DNA of 64,000 nucleotides from Candidatus Binatia bacterium (GTDB taxonomy: Bacteria > Desulfobacterota > Binatia > Bin18). This document shows, one piece after another, positions 54,537 to 63,126 of this stretch. Position 1 is the first letter of the stretch; every line of letters begins with the position of its first letter. The position numbers and the translations under genes are program-made. The stretch is from contig OY761159.2 of NCBI GenBank assembly GCA_963664395.2, positions 3,872,001 to 3,936,000 of the forward strand, written 5' to 3'. The notes under the pieces were generated by a model. That model saw only the letters and a program-made list of their open reading frames with translations, did not search any database and was not told where the DNA came from.

Positions 54537-56163
54537 GAGAAGTGTTCCGAGGCGAGCGCAGCGTAGAATCTGAGGCCTGCTCCCACAGCTTGGCATATTT
54601 AAGGAAAACGTAGAATGCAGAGGTCACAGCAACAAAAAGGCCGGGAAGCCCGTCTCTGATACAGCCTCGGAGAAAATAAAAACTCAGGAAGCGCCACAAT
54701 GGGCGCAACACCACATCGCTCAGATGCCTCTGGTGCTTCCGCAGACTCAGCTCGCGGGACGAGATATCTGTCAGGCTGTTTACGGTGCGGAGATGGTCGC
54801 TGATATCGGTATAGGTGTAGTGATGAAGGTTGCCGCTCAGGCGCTCGGAGCGGCCATGCAGGAGCACTTTCTCATGGGGATCGACACCCCCCCACCGGAC
54901 CTTGTGTTTCCGAAAGAGTCGGAGCCGATAGCTCGGGTACCAGCCGTGCCACCACCAGCGGCCTAAATAGTGGACGAGACGCGGTATGTAGAAGCCATCG
55001 ACTGCGGGGTCATCCCGTTGCAACACCGCCTGAATCTCATTCTGAAGGAGCGGGCTGACTTCTTCATCCGCGTCAATGTTGAGTATCCACTCATGGCTTG
55101 CCTGAGAGAGGGCAAACCGTTTTTGCTCAACATAGCCCGGCCACGCACGCTGAATGATACGAGTCGAATAGTCTTGACAGATCTCTAGGGTCGTATCGGT
55201 GGAAAATGAGTCAACCACAATGATCTCGTCGCACCACTTGACGCTTTCAAGACAGCGTTGAATAACCTGCTCCTCATTAAAGCAGACAATACAGCATGAG
55301 ACGGGGCGCCGGGGAGCGCCGAGTGTCTGTTCGCTGGCTATAGACGCCGTGCGACGCCGTTTTCGTTTGGCGTATTCGCGGTCTTTGCGGCGACGCACAG
55401 ACTGCAACTTTTCGAGCCAGAAGCGGCGCTGCCTGGCTGATGGCAGCGAAGGACCGAGATAGGCATACAAAAAGAACAGCCGCTCGGTCTTCCGGGCTCG
55501 ACGGCCTACAGTCCGATCGAGCTGCACCAGATTTTTGACGCGTCGCTGTAGCCCCAGGCTCGGATCGTATTTGATGCGATCAAGATCAACCAGGCAAAAT
55601 CGCCACCTCGGACCCTGCTGTTCGTCGCATTCTTCCACGAGGAGGTTGGCGTCTCTCAGATCTCCGCTATACAGGCCGGCCGCGTGAAAAGACCGCACGA
55701 AGAGGGCCAGTTCGCGGAGAAAGAGACGCCGCTGCGCCACAGACCAGTGTGGCGCGGATTCCCGCCAATAGTCCGAAAGTGGGGGATGCGGTAGCGCCTG
55801 GCTGATATACACACTTTCCTGCACCAAGCCGGCTTTTCGCTTCTCCACAACGGCCAAGGGTTGAGGAACGGGAAAGCCATGCGTCTGTAATAGTCGTGCT
55901 CCACGCCACGACCGGCGGGCCGGGGAGCCATGGATCAAGGCATCCGCCCGGCGACGCCAGTGCGTCAGTCGGTGGCGTTTGACAACGACTGACTGGATTG
56001 AGTCGGACATGAGCGTCACGGTCGTGCCCGCGTCCTGTTTGAGAATACGGGTGCACTGCCAATGGATTGGCTGTGAAGAAACGAGGTCGGTGACTCGCGC
56101 GGCATCCAGGTGTGAATGGATAATGGCGGGCAAAGTCGTTCTTGCAGAACTCGTAACGCTCAC
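54505..56163 (-). CDS. Fusion of an LPS kinase (Kdo/WaaP/InaA-like) domain and a WaaE/LgtF-like GT2 glycosyltransferase
   Basis: N-half VVVKR, SGDLRDANLLV, LVDLD; C-half FNEE..CLES, VVDSFSTD.T, IDADE, KYAKLWE. Confidence 0.85.
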   Translation of the reverse strand: MSVTSSARTTLPAIIHSHLDAARVTDLVSSQPIHWQCTRILKQDAGTTVTLMSDSIQSVVVKRHRLTHWRRRADALIHGSPARRSWRGARLLQTHGFPVPQPLAVVEKRKAGLVQESVYISQALPHPPLSDYWRESAPHWSVAQRRLFLRELALFVRSFHAAGLYSGDLRDANLLVEECDEQQGPRWRFCLVDLDRIKYDPSLGLQRRVKNLVQLDRTVGRRARKTERLFFLYAYLGPSLPSARQRRFWLEKLQSVRRRKDREYAKRKRRRTASIASEQTLGAPRRPVSCCIVCFNEEQVIQRCLESVKWCDEIIVVDSFSTDTTLEICQDYSTRIIQRAWPGYVEQKRFALSQASHEWILNIDADEEVSPLLQNEIQAVLQRDDPAVDGFYIPRLVHYLGRWWWHGWYPSYRLRLFRKHKVRWGGVDPHEKVLLHGRSERLSGNLHHYTYTDISDHLRTVNSLTDISSRELSLRKHQRHLSDVVLRPLWRFLSFYFLRGCIRDGLPGLFVAVTSAFYVFLKYAKLWEQASDSTLRSPRNTSHDTPVTDSAR

Positions 56164-56177
56164 AACGACGGGCTTCC

Positions 56178-57422
56178 CTACATATAGCCGAGATCGGTCA
56201 GACGCTTTTCCAGGTCGGCCTTTTCGGTTTCTGACATAACAAACTCCGGCGTTGCGGTAAGCGGGCCGCGTCGGATGTCCTCAATCCGGTGCTGAAGCAG
56301 CCCGGCCATATCTTGGCGTTGGTTGACCAAGTTGTACCGCTCCGCAGGATCGTTCGGGAGGTTATACAGCTCTGCCGGAATCTGCGGATTGTTGGGAGCG
56401 TGGATGTATTTCCACTCGGGTGTACGCCAACCGACCCGCTGATCGCGCGGATCTGAACGAACGCGCAAAAATGCTTCGATATAGGCCTCCAGGCCGAGCG
56501 GGGCATCATCCAGTAGCGCCGGTTTGATACTCGTGCCATGAATCCCACTTGGAACCGGGGCGCCAACGAGGTCCAGCAAGGTTGGCACTGCGTCGATCTG
56601 GCGGACGAGTTGAGGGACGAGTTTGCCTGTCGGCAAGCGGCAGGAGTCTGCCCCGGCTCCCAGCATAGAAAAGACCAGCGGCACCCGCACGAGATCCTCA
56701 GAAACGTCCATCTCATGCCCTTCGCGCTTGATCGTTTTACGTCCGGATAAGTCACGCACGAGGCGATACCAACGGTATTGGAGGTCGGTCTTGACGACAT
56801 GTTCGCCATGGTCGCCATGCACCACGACCAGGGTATTTTCAGGCAGCCCGGCCAGCAGTCTGTCCAATTCGACATCCAGACACGAGAGCGCACGCTCGTA
56901 ACGATTCCGGCCGTAGGCCCGGCCTCGGAAAGCCGGCAGGATATGACGGTGATGATGCAGTTCCCATAAGTGGAGAAATCCGAACCAGGGTTGCCGGACC
57001 GTCAGGCTTTGCAGGCGCTGCCGAAAATCCGTGCCCCAAGATGTGGACAGGTAGGCTGATCCCTCTCGAAAGTGATAGACATCAAAGCCGCGATCCAGAT
57101 CGGTCTCCGGAAAGAGTGGGCCACTCACTTCCGCCCAGGTGTGGTAGCCCTGCGCCCGGAAGGCGTCGGCCAAAGACGGGGCTGCCGGATTCAGTTTCAG
57201 ACCGAAAATTGAACGAATGCCGTGCACGAAAGAGTGGCTGCCAGTCAGCAGGCTGGCCACGCAGGGCGTTGTCGACGAAGCCGAGGCAATGGCCTGCGTA
57301 CAGGCCACACCGGAGCGAACAAGGCGATCCAGAGCCGGCGTACGCGCGCCTCGGTCCTCGCCGACAACGGCGTCTGCGCGCAAACAGTCGATTAAGAGAA
57401 AGAGGATATTAGGACGATTCAT
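56178..57422 (-). CDS. Sulfatase-like / alkaline phosphatase superfamily enzyme
   Basis: PNILFLLIDCLRAD, TTPCVASLLTG, HLWELH, GDHGE, VPL, ELYNL..DP.E, LGYM terminus. Confidence 0.88.
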   Translation of the reverse strand: MNRPNILFLLIDCLRADAVVGEDRGARTPALDRLVRSGVACTQAIASASSTTPCVASLLTGSHSFVHGIRSIFGLKLNPAAPSLADAFRAQGYHTWAEVSGPLFPETDLDRGFDVYHFREGSAYLSTSWGTDFRQRLQSLTVRQPWFGFLHLWELHHHRHILPAFRGRAYGRNRYERALSCLDVELDRLLAGLPENTLVVVHGDHGEHVVKTDLQYRWYRLVRDLSGRKTIKREGHEMDVSEDLVRVPLVFSMLGAGADSCRLPTGKLVPQLVRQIDAVPTLLDLVGAPVPSGIHGTSIKPALLDDAPLGLEAYIEAFLRVRSDPRDQRVGWRTPEWKYIHAPNNPQIPAELYNLPNDPAERYNLVNQRQDMAGLLQHRIEDIRRGPLTATPEFVMSETEKADLEKRLTDLGYM

Positions 57423-57459
57423 ATAGATATGCCGGCTGACGCTGATTCCTGGGCCGCGC

Positions 57460-58500
57460 TTATGTCAGCTGGCCACGATCAAGGATGTTACGCGCCTTCT
57501 CAAGTACGTGCTCGGGGGTAATGCGCTGCATACACGCCCGCTGAATTCTACAGTCTCGCGTATAACACGGACTACACGATGCCGGTCCGCGCAGAACAAA
57601 ATCTTCCGAACCCCATGGGGCCGAGCGGATAGGGCTGGTGGCGCCCCACAAGGAAATCACAGGCGTTCCAACTGCTGCTGCAATATGCATGGGGCCTGAA
57701 TCCGGTCCAATGCCGAGCCGGGCACGCGAAAAAATACCGATCAGATCACGCACACTCGTTTTCCCACTCAAATCCGTGGCTTTGGTTTCTCCCAGCGCGG
57801 CGCTGACTTGGCTCGCAAACACTACCTCTCCCGGCCCTCCAATCAACACAGTGCCCATATCATACTCCTGCTGAAGGGTCCGTGCCACCTGAGCGGTTGC
57901 CGTTGGAAACCAAAACCGACTTGGCCAGCGCGAGCCAAGAAAAAAGGTGACATACGGACGTGGGGTATCGGCGAGTAAGGCGTCGATATGCCGCTCTTCT
58001 TCTTCCCGCAGCCGGAGGTCAAAGGCTACCCCGTCGTCGGGAAGACCCAGCGCGTCCGCAAAGCGTAGATATTGCCAAAGTTTGAGCGAAAAGTCCGGAA
58101 CGGGATCAATCGTGTGGGTATTACAGAGCCAATTGCCTTCTTTTGTATTCTGACGATGAAACCCCAGCCGAACCGGCGCCCGCGACCAGAGACTGACCAG
58201 GCCACTCTTGGCATGGCGTTGCAGGTCCAGGACCAGATCAAACTGTTTAGCTCGAATCGTTTGGAGAAAAGGCCAAAACTGTCGAGGTCCTTGAGAGCGG
58301 TTGTAGAGCAAGACCTCATTGATGGCGGGGTGCGCTTCAAGCAAGGGCGCTGCCGTCGGTTCCACCGCCCAGGCGATATGCGCCTGTGGATAGCCCCGCC
58401 GGACGCGGGTGAGCAAGGGCAGCGCGCGAGTGACATCCCCAATTGCTCCGAAGAGAAGCACGAGAATACGGCCGGGTTGGGTAGAAAAAAGAGGCGTCAT
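57460..58500 (-). CDS. Glycosyltransferase family 9 (heptosyltransferase)
   Basis: GAIGDV..ALP, FDLVLDLQ..KS, DLSGKT, DSGPMHIAAAVGTP. Confidence 0.93.
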   Translation of the reverse strand: MTPLFSTQPGRILVLLFGAIGDVTRALPLLTRVRRGYPQAHIAWAVEPTAAPLLEAHPAINEVLLYNRSQGPRQFWPFLQTIRAKQFDLVLDLQRHAKSGLVSLWSRAPVRLGFHRQNTKEGNWLCNTHTIDPVPDFSLKLWQYLRFADALGLPDDGVAFDLRLREEEERHIDALLADTPRPYVTFFLGSRWPSRFWFPTATAQVARTLQQEYDMGTVLIGGPGEVVFASQVSAALGETKATDLSGKTSVRDLIGIFSRARLGIGPDSGPMHIAAAVGTPVISLWGATSPIRSAPWGSEDFVLRGPASCSPCYTRDCRIQRACMQRITPEHVLEKARNILDRGQLT

Positions 58501-58709
58501 AAGTCTTCCGGCTTGAGTCCCGTATGCTTTGCAATGCGACTGAGCATTCGCGGACCGATTTCCTCCCGGTCGTGAAACGCAAAAACGAAATTCTGATAGC
58601 CTTCATGAGATAACGTCCGGTGAGACCCGGAGGTGCGTTTGACTGTCCAACCAATACGCTGCAATGCAGCGAGGACACGTCTTGCACGGGTACTGCGCCA
58701 CCGATTCAT
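58497..58709 (-). CDS. hicA: HicA family toxin (mRNA interferase)
   Basis: 70 aa basic protein, L..IGW...R.SGSH, H..EIG..ML..I pattern. Confidence 0.9.
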   Translation of the reverse strand: MNRWRSTRARRVLAALQRIGWTVKRTSGSHRTLSHEGYQNFVFAFHDREEIGPRMLSRIAKHTGLKPEDL

Positions 58710-58912
58710 GCAGCGGTAAACGTGACTTGAATTGGTTCCACTGGATGTTCACCCGCCTCGATCCGCTCGGCGAGAACCCGGAGCGCCAATGCCTCTGCCT
58801 GAGCAATTGCTGAGTCTCGGGTAGACCCATATTTCATGACTCCGGAGAGTTCGAGGACCTCCGCTATCCAGCGCCCGTCTTCTTCCTGCTCTGTTTCAAT
58901 TGTAAATCGCAT
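58706..58912 (-). CDS. hicB: HicB family antitoxin (short, no DNA-binding domain)
   Basis: 68 aa acidic protein, EEDGRWIAEV.EL.G...YG.T...A; GGGAGG RBS; ATGA overlap with hicA. Confidence 0.88.
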   Translation of the reverse strand: MRFTIETEQEEDGRWIAEVLELSGVMKYGSTRDSAIAQAEALALRVLAERIEAGEHPVEPIQVTFTAA

Positions 58913-58985
58913 ATGACCTCCCGAGTGGTTTCAGACGCCCAATACGTAACACGCTGCTTACTGCAAATGAACAAATCTCGACGTA

Positions 58986-59038
58986 TGGAACTATTCCAAT
59001 ACTGGTTCGAGCATAGCAAAACCCCCCCTGATTGATAA
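58986..59038 (-). promoter_or_regulatory. Putative internal promoter and operator upstream of hicB
   Basis: Minus strand TTATCA-N17-TATGCT with extended-10 TG (59038-59010), then inverted repeat TGGAA-N3-TTCCA (58986-58998). Confidence 0.45.
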
Positions 59039-59074
59039 TGCTGAATCCAGTCGCCAAAAATTCCTATCCGCGTC

Positions 59075-59851
59075 TCAGGCATTGAGAAAAGCCCTTTGTT
59101 CCACGAGCGGAAGCAACTGCCCCTCAGGATCAAGTTTTGCGATTGAACGTTGAAGGCGGGCAAGGTTTCGTTTGCGATGTGAAGAGGGGAGAGCGGTCAA
59201 AGAGAGGCGCGCACGGTCGAAGTCGATAATGCGCACCTCGTGCCGATCAGAGTCAATACGAACGAGAATATTCGTGAGGTTGAGGTCGGCATGATATATT
59301 CCAGCAGCGTGCATGGTGTTGATCGTCTGTAAGATTTTTTCAGTAACAATCTGCCGTTCCTCTGCTGGCGGTTTGGTTTGGAGCCACTCCCGCCAGTTGA
59401 TAAACCCTTGGGCTTCGCGCGTGATGAGGGTTCCTCGATAGAGTCCAAAAGACGTCCACTCAACCCCAGCGCCAAGGACCTCAACCGTCGGAACGCCTCG
59501 TTTGTGGGCCGTTACTGTGCTGCCTAATTCTACAAAGGGACGAGGTGGATGGTCCCAATACAGATCGTGAATAAAATGACGAACAAAGCCACCACGTCGA
59601 TAGCGACGGACGATAGCAGGACTCTGCCTGTCGAACGGAACGCGATGGATTGTGCCTCGCCCGCCTTGGAGACGGTCTGCCGTGCCGGCGTTGATTCCTT
59701 CTAGGGCTTTGAGCAGTGCGTCCTCTTGCCCGTCTTTGAGCCACCAGCTGTAGGTGGTGGTGGTATGTTCGGTAAATCCATATGGGGATGTGAGAGAACG
59801 GAAGAAGGCGAATCCCGGTCGGGGGGCGGCATTGCTGGCAAGGCGTTTCAT
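59075..59851 (-). CDS. kdkA: 3-deoxy-D-manno-octulosonic acid (Kdo) kinase-like protein
   Basis: GGRG, VRRYRRGG, RPF.E, YHADLNLTNIL, IIDFDRA, NLARLQRS; start uncertain (59851 or 59875). Confidence 0.85.
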   Translation of the reverse strand: MKRLASNAAPRPGFAFFRSLTSPYGFTEHTTTTYSWWLKDGQEDALLKALEGINAGTADRLQGGRGTIHRVPFDRQSPAIVRRYRRGGFVRHFIHDLYWDHPPRPFVELGSTVTAHKRGVPTVEVLGAGVEWTSFGLYRGTLITREAQGFINWREWLQTKPPAEERQIVTEKILQTINTMHAAGIYHADLNLTNILVRIDSDRHEVRIIDFDRARLSLTALPSSHRKRNLARLQRSIAKLDPEGQLLPLVEQRAFLNA

Positions 59852-59875
59852 CTTCCGTTTGCCACTCACTGACAA

Positions 59876-60193
59876 TTATGCCGCATCCGAATGTGAATGA
59901 CCTGAAGGGGTGGATGAACTCCCCCGAGGTTCAGGCGACCCGGCTGTCAGTCCGTTTTGCATTTCCCACAGCTTGGCATAGGCGACAAACACAGCGTAGG
60001 AATCGAACAGCGCTGTCGTCAAGCCAGTCATTCCGCGTCGCCACTCGCCCTTGCCAAGATAGGAAGAAAAGAACGTGCCAAGCGGGGGAAAGATAAAATG
60101 CCGGGCTTTGGCCGGCTTGTTTTGTTTGGCCCATTCTTCGGCGTTTGCCGACGTTGTGGCATTGAGTGCGGCAAAGCGTTCTTGGAGTGTCAT
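59876..60193 (-). CDS. Small protein resembling only the C-terminal helical module of WaaE-like GT2 enzymes
   Basis: PLGTFFSSYLGKGEWRRGMTGLTTAL..SYAVFVAYAKLWE aligns with PLWRFLSFYFLRGCIRDGLPGLFVAV.SAFYVFLKYAKLWE of the 54505-56163 protein; no DXD domain. Confidence 0.7.
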   Translation of the reverse strand: MTLQERFAALNATTSANAEEWAKQNKPAKARHFIFPPLGTFFSSYLGKGEWRRGMTGLTTALFDSYAVFVAYAKLWEMQNGLTAGSPEPRGSSSTPSGHSHSDAA

Positions 60194-60200
60194 GCTCACT

Positions 60201-61268
60201 CTACTGGCTGTGGCTTATCGGCGCAGTCCGAAGCGCAGGTCGTTTGAGAAGCTTATCAACCCCGGCTAACACGTCGTGGGCCGTTACCAGGTGCATACAC
60301 TCTTCAGTGCCACGTGGGCAGGAAGGACCGCCGTGCCGGCGGCAGGGACGACAAAACAAATCCTTTTTTTCAACGACCACCGCATTGTCGCTATACGGAC
60401 CGTAACCTAAGTTTGGCGTCGTCGCACAGAAAATCGCAACAACCGGAACCTGACGCGCAACGGCAAGGTGCATAGGCGCACTGTCATTGCTAATGACCAT
60501 CCGGGCTCGATCAATGAGGGCCATAAACGTTTGCAGGTCGGCCCGACCGGCAAGGTTGAGAAGGCCCGCCACCTGAGCCTGCTCTTCGATCTCCTGCGCT
60601 AGGGGTACGTCATCAGGTCCGCCGCATAACACCACGCGTCCGTAGTGATGGGCAAGAGAACGAACAAGGGCACTATAGCCTGCCGTTGTCCAGCGCTTGG
60701 TATACCAGACCGAGCCCGGACACACCACGAATACAGAGTCGGAGGCGGCAATCCCGGCCTCGTCAAGGAATCGCTGGGCCTTGGTCTGGGTGGCGGGGTG
60801 ATAGGCGACATAGGGTGTGCGGTCGCAGGCTTCGGGCTCAAGACCAAAAGTACGCATGATGCACAAAATACGCTCAACTTCGTGGCGATCGGTGTCTCGC
60901 TGAGCGGTCTGATGATAGAAAAACCAACCGGGACTTTGGCGAAATCCAACCCGGTGTGGAATGCCCGCCAGGGCCAGCAGCAGCGCAGTCCGAAAGGATT
61001 TATGCGGTGCGACCGTCAGCGTAAACCGCTGGCGTCGGAGCCGGCGGGCGGTCCGCAGCATACCGGGAAATCCTCGGTCGTCCCCACGCTTGCTATCCAC
61101 GAGAACGCTGTCCACTGCGGGGTGATCCTGGACCAGCGGTCGCGCCTGGGGGGTCGTGAGGACGGTCAGCGATTCAAGGTCGAGTGCGCGCCGCAGGGTA
61201 CTGAGGAGCGGAGTGGTCAGAATCACGTCCCCAAGAAAACCGGTCTGGGCAACGAGGAGACGCTCCAT
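60201..61268 (-). CDS. Glycosyltransferase family 9 (heptosyltransferase II-like)
   Basis: QTGFLGDVILTTP, PGS.W.TKRW, NLAGR, NDSAPMHLA, CRPC..HG..CP. Confidence 0.93.
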   Translation of the reverse strand: MERLLVAQTGFLGDVILTTPLLSTLRRALDLESLTVLTTPQARPLVQDHPAVDSVLVDSKRGDDRGFPGMLRTARRLRRQRFTLTVAPHKSFRTALLLALAGIPHRVGFRQSPGWFFYHQTAQRDTDRHEVERILCIMRTFGLEPEACDRTPYVAYHPATQTKAQRFLDEAGIAASDSVFVVCPGSVWYTKRWTTAGYSALVRSLAHHYGRVVLCGGPDDVPLAQEIEEQAQVAGLLNLAGRADLQTFMALIDRARMVISNDSAPMHLAVARQVPVVAIFCATTPNLGYGPYSDNAVVVEKKDLFCRPCRRHGGPSCPRGTEECMHLVTAHDVLAGVDKLLKRPALRTAPISHSQ

Positions 61269-62005
61269 CAGGCGGTCTCACCTTTCCGGAGTCGCAGCAC
61301 TAAATTATCTTCCAGCAGGAGACGGGGGTGACACAGCCAGCGCAGCAGCTTCCTGTTCTCCTGTCGCTGGTTCGGATTTTTCTCGCGTATCCACAGCGTA
61401 TACCAGGTGTAGGCAATCACGGGTAAGCCCAGTGTCGCCAGCAAGAAACGCGAGTAGAACTTGACTTTGCTGTGCCCCAGACGTTCCAGATTGAGCCCGT
61501 TTTGCTTGCACAGGTAGTATAAGATCGGGAGCTCAATCGGATAGTTGTGAAACCGATGGGCGTGGTTGAGGGGAGTCTCAAATGGAATAAAGCGTCGTTT
61601 GGTCTTGTGGTATCCGCTGAGCATAAAATGCACCCGCGAGTTGAGGCGCATAACATTGGGCGTAGTCAAAATTAACGCTCCGCCGGGTTTGAGAATGCGC
61701 GCTAACTCGCCCAGTGCGGCTTGATGATCTGACAGGTGCTCAATGACCTCAATCAGCAAAACCACATCAAAACTGGCATCGTCGTAGGGCAGCCGGTGAC
61801 GCAGGTCTACGCCGTAATCAATGGGGATGCCGTTCTTGTCCGGCCCGCTGGCTTCAAAGTTGGTCCCTCTGAGGGTGAAACGTCGATGTTGTAACGACGC
61901 TAAAACATCCCCTTCTTTACAGCTGATATCGAGGAGGGTTTTCCCCTCGTCAGGAATATCGGCCAGCAGGGCGGAAACGGCCTGAATAAGAAACGGAGCT
62001 GCCAT
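61268..62005 (-). CDS. Class I SAM-dependent methyltransferase-fold protein
   Basis: LPYDDASFDVV, EVIEHL, RILKPGG.LILTTPN; motif I degenerate (LDISCKEG). Confidence 0.82.
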   Translation of the reverse strand: MAAPFLIQAVSALLADIPDEGKTLLDISCKEGDVLASLQHRRFTLRGTNFEASGPDKNGIPIDYGVDLRHRLPYDDASFDVVLLIEVIEHLSDHQAALGELARILKPGGALILTTPNVMRLNSRVHFMLSGYHKTKRRFIPFETPLNHAHRFHNYPIELPILYYLCKQNGLNLERLGHSKVKFYSRFLLATLGLPVIAYTWYTLWIREKNPNQRQENRKLLRWLCHPRLLLEDNLVLRLRKGETA

Positions 62006-62012
62006 GGCGATC

Positions 62013-63119
62013 TTACTTTCCGTTTTCTTGCTCTACGGTTCCTTTGAGCCGGTGCTCAATACACGTTAATAACCGCTCGGCGTCGGTGACCTCCATAGAG
62101 ATGCGGAGAGCAACGAGCTTATCCGTGGGAAACGGAAATTTTTCCAGCTTCACCAAATCTTTTTCTGTAGTCACCACGAAATCACACGCTCGGCTGGCCG
62201 ACGTAATCGTTTGCCAGTCCCTTTGTGTATAAACGTGATGGTCCGGAAATGCCATCACTTCTACGATTTCTGCTTCCGCCTCCTCGACAAAACGGTGGAA
62301 CAGGGATGGAGCTGCAACACCGCTCACGGCCATAACCCTCTTATGCGCCAACAAGAATAAGGGCAACTCCTGCCACTCTCCACGTGAGGAGTGAATAAGG
62401 GCAGCTGGGCGTGGGTTCGCAAAAAAGTGGAGCTTACCGTGTGTCGGAAGAGATGCTGGGGGGTCCTTGTGATCCTGAGACGTTCCCCCTTTCGTCACAA
62501 TGACAATGTCTGCCCGGCGCATGGAGGTAGACGGTTCGCGGAAGGGGCCGGCAGGGAGCAGCCAACCCGTGTGGCTACTGTGCTGGGCATCAATCAGCAA
62601 GAGGTCCAGGCTGCGGCCTAAGCGCCGATGCTGAAAGCCGTCATCCAGAACCAACACCTCAACACCATATGTCTTTTGCGCGAGCCGCGCCGCCTGGACG
62701 CGATCACGTCCGGCCAGAACGACGCCGGAAAAGGTTCTGGCCAGCATGACTGCTTCGTCTCCAACCTCTTCCGGCGTTGCCTGGACCTGACCGTCCGTGC
62801 CGACTGTTGTGACGCCTGTATTCTGTCCTTTATACCCTCTCGACAGGATGCCGACTCTGTGATGCCGGGCTTGCAGCACCCGGGCGAGCCAGAGGACGAA
62901 GGGCGTCTTGCCCGTCCCGCCGACGGTGAGATTGCCCACGCTAATGATATGGAGGGGCGGCTGCTCGCTGCGAAGGACACCGCTATCATATAAAAAATTG
63001 CGTACTCGAACGACGGATGAGAACAGCAGCGAGAGCGGAATGACCGCCAGCCAGCCTACTGAGCCGAGGAGGCCCTGACGAGTCCATATTTTCCGGATGA
63101 TACTCTGGAAGGAAGCCAT
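62013..63119 (-). CDS. lpxK: Tetraacyldisaccharide 4'-kinase
   Basis: SVGNLTVGGTGKTP, LSRGY, GDE, LDDGFQH, LLPAGPFRE, FPDHH, TTEKD; ATG 63119. Confidence 0.97.
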   Translation of the reverse strand: MASFQSIIRKIWTRQGLLGSVGWLAVIPLSLLFSSVVRVRNFLYDSGVLRSEQPPLHIISVGNLTVGGTGKTPFVLWLARVLQARHHRVGILSRGYKGQNTGVTTVGTDGQVQATPEEVGDEAVMLARTFSGVVLAGRDRVQAARLAQKTYGVEVLVLDDGFQHRRLGRSLDLLLIDAQHSSHTGWLLPAGPFREPSTSMRRADIVIVTKGGTSQDHKDPPASLPTHGKLHFFANPRPAALIHSSRGEWQELPLFLLAHKRVMAVSGVAAPSLFHRFVEEAEAEIVEVMAFPDHHVYTQRDWQTITSASRACDFVVTTEKDLVKLEKFPFPTDKLVALRISMEVTDAERLLTCIEHRLKGTVEQENGK

Positions 63120-63126
63120 ACGAGTG

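Noticed and set aside
56198-56893. 231-aa alternative-frame ORF within the sulfatase-like gene
   Set aside because: Fully nested in a well-supported CDS, with Cys/Trp/Ser-rich non-protein-like composition.
58864-59163. 99-aa ORF spanning the kdkA-hicB gap as a third TA component
   Set aside because: It overlaps both neighbours, lacks an RBS or motif, and the gap is better explained as a promoter region.
60645-61331. 228-aa plus-strand ORF
   Set aside because: Antisense shadow of the GC-rich GT9 gene; no motifs.
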